Shown here piece after piece: positions 61,897-64,000 of a stretch of DNA of 64,000 bases. The DNA comes from Squalus acanthias. Lineage: Eukaryota. The position numbers were made by a program, and so were the translations under genes. The DNA lies in NCBI GenBank assembly GCA_030390025.1, contig CM059432.1, positions 54,252,001 to 54,316,000 of the forward strand, read 5' to 3'. Below the pieces are notes generated by a model. The model saw only the letters and a program-made list of their open reading frames with translations, did not search any database and was not told the DNA's origin. Within the stretch, counting starts at the first letter, position 1. Each line of letters opens with the position of its first letter.

Positions 61897-63360
61897 AGAG
61901 GTGATGGTGTTTCCATGCAATTGCTGCCCAGGTCCTTATAGGCGGTGGAAGTCACGGATTTGGGAGGTGCTCCCGACGAGGCCTTGATGAGTTGCTGCAG
62001 TGCATCCTACAGTTAGTAGGCACTGCAGAAATGGTGTGCTGGTGATGGAGGGAGTGAATGTTTAAGGCAGTGGCTGGGGTGCCAATCAAATGGATTGCTT
62101 TGTCCTGGACAGTATTGAGCTTCTTGAGTCTTCTTGGAGCTGTACAAATCCAGGCAAGTGAGGATTATTCCATCACACTCCTGACTTGTTGGTGGTAGAG
62201 AGGCTTTGGGGAGTCAGGATGTGGTCACTCACCATAGAATACACAGCCTTTCATCTGCTCTAGTAGCCACAGTATTTATGTGGCTGGTCCAGTTCAGTTT
62301 CTGGTCAATGATGATCCCTGGGAGGTTGATGGTGAGGGACTTGGCAATGTTAATCCCATTGAATGTCAAGGGAAGGTGGTTATATGCTCTCTCTTGTGGA
62401 TATGTTCATTGCCTGACACTTGTGTGATGCAAATGTTACTTATCAGATGTTGTCTAGTTCTCGCTGCATGTGGCCATGGACAGCTTCATTATCTGAGGAA
62501 TTGCAAATGGATCTGAACACTGTGCAATCATCAGTGAATAGCTCTACTTCTGACCTTATGATGGAGCAAAGGTCATTGATGCGGTAGCTGAAGATAGTTG
62601 GGCCTAGGATGCTGCTCTGAGTAACTCCTGTGGCGATGTCCTGAGGCGGAGATGATTGGCCTCCAACAACTACAATCACCTTCCTTTGTGACAGGTATGA
62701 CTCCAGGTACTGGAGAATTTTCCCCCTGATCCCCAATGACTTCGGTTTTACTAGGGCTCCTTGGTGCCACACTCAGTCAAATTCTGCCTTCATGTCAAGG
62801 TCAGTCACTCTCACTTCACCTCTGGAATTCAGCTCTTGTGTCCATGTTTGTACCAAGGCTTTAATGAGGTCTGGAGCTAAGTAGTCCTGGCGGAACCCAA
62901 ACTGAGCATCAGTGAGCAGGTTACTGGTGAGTAATAGCGTTTGATAGCACTGTCGATACCTTCCTTAACTTTGCTGATCATTGGGTATAGGCCAATGGGG
63001 TAGTAATTGGCCGGGTCAGATTTGTCCTGCTTTTTACGGACAGGACATACCTGAGTAATTTTTCACCATTGTCGGGTAGATGGCAGTGGTGTAGTTGAAC
63101 TGGAACAGATTAGCTAAGGGCTAGTTCTGGAACACAGGTCTTCAGCACTACAGTCAGGATATTGTCGGGGCTTGTAGCCTTTGCTGTGTGCTGTGCACTC
63201 AGCCCTTTCTTGATGTCATCTGGAAGGAATCGAATTGGTTAAAGACTAGCATCTGTGATGGTGGGGACCTCAGGAGGAGGCCAAGAAGGATCATTTACTC
63301 AGCATTTCTGGCTGGCGATGGTTGCAAACGCTTCAGCCTTGTATTTTGCACTCACATGCT
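61897..63360 (-). mobile_element. L2/CR1-group LINE family B, older copy
   Basis: Diverged homologue of 27520-29012 (WHQGALVK, ELFTDDCTVF). Confidence 0.85.
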
Positions 63361-63848
63361 GAGTATGAATGGGAGTCATGGTGGGAGTGAATGGTGGGCA
63401 ATGGTGCTGCTGTAATTTCTACCCTTATGGATCCAAAAATTGTTACTTGCTTTAGATTCACTGCTTTAACACTTGTAACTTCATCTGTGTAAATACAAAA
63501 TATGCTCACCAGTACAGATTCATAGCCCAGGACAGCTCTAGCAGTATAGAAGTGCAGCTATTTCCTACTAGGTTCTCACTTTATAGAAGCACCTTGGCCA
63601 CTATCATTACAACAGCAGCATCACATCTTTTTAGAGGAAATGTGATTTGTTTGCTTGACTGTGGCTGCTCCTTTGCTTTTCAGAGACACATAAAATGCTT
63701 GTGATTGTTGGCGAAATCATCAGCTCACAGTGGCTGTTGATTCCTTAAATTAGAGGCTAACATCAGATCTCTACTGGACTGTTCATATTACAGATTGGTC
63801 ACATACTCTTTTGTTGTCTATGCTTGAAACCGTCCACTTAAACACTAA

Positions 63849-64000
63849 GGGGGAAAAATTCGTGTATGGCAAGAGAATTCCCAGTGTCACCGGCAAATCG
63901 AGTTAACAGCCGCTGAAAATGGCCGCAGCGCTACCGGGCAAAAGTTTACGTTGGGGGCTGGCGACGTGTAGCGCAGCGCTAACTTACGTACAACACTCTT
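63849..64000. mobile_element. Start of another Harbinger element or MITE, cut by the window edge
   Basis: TAA followed by GGGGGAAAAATTCG, then AGCGCTA motifs. Confidence 0.65.

Overview
Eukaryotic, transposon-saturated window, most likely intronic or intergenic DNA from a cartilaginous fish. The taxon is an inference from SacSINE1/DeuSINE-like SINEs, shark-type CR1 3' tails and the Harbinger families present. No intact host gene is recognisable. Main content: (i) at least five decayed PIF/Harbinger DNA transposons, four of them retaining both a HARBI1-type DDE transposase and a convergent Myb/SANT partner gene (3-exon structure traceable in three), plus several derived MITEs with GGG..AAATT termini, 3-bp TSDs and GGCGCTA subterminal arrays; (ii) many CR1 LINE pieces, including one full-length insertion reconstructable from its TSD; (iii) a second L2/CR1-group LINE family in four copies; (iv) a Penelope-like RT/GIY-YIG remnant; (v) an old Gypsy gag-pro remnant split by later insertions; (vi) tRNA-derived SINEs. 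The most interesting signals are five minimal hammerhead-ribozyme motifs in short non-coding Penelope-type inserts, two of which have 13-14 bp TSDs and show stem covariation; short inverted copies of neighbouring DNA pasted into a MITE; a ~600-bp-arm near-perfect inverted duplication; and a conserved AT-hook-like C-terminal module on the Harbinger Myb proteins. All calls were made by eye with no database search, so boundaries without a TSD are approximate.
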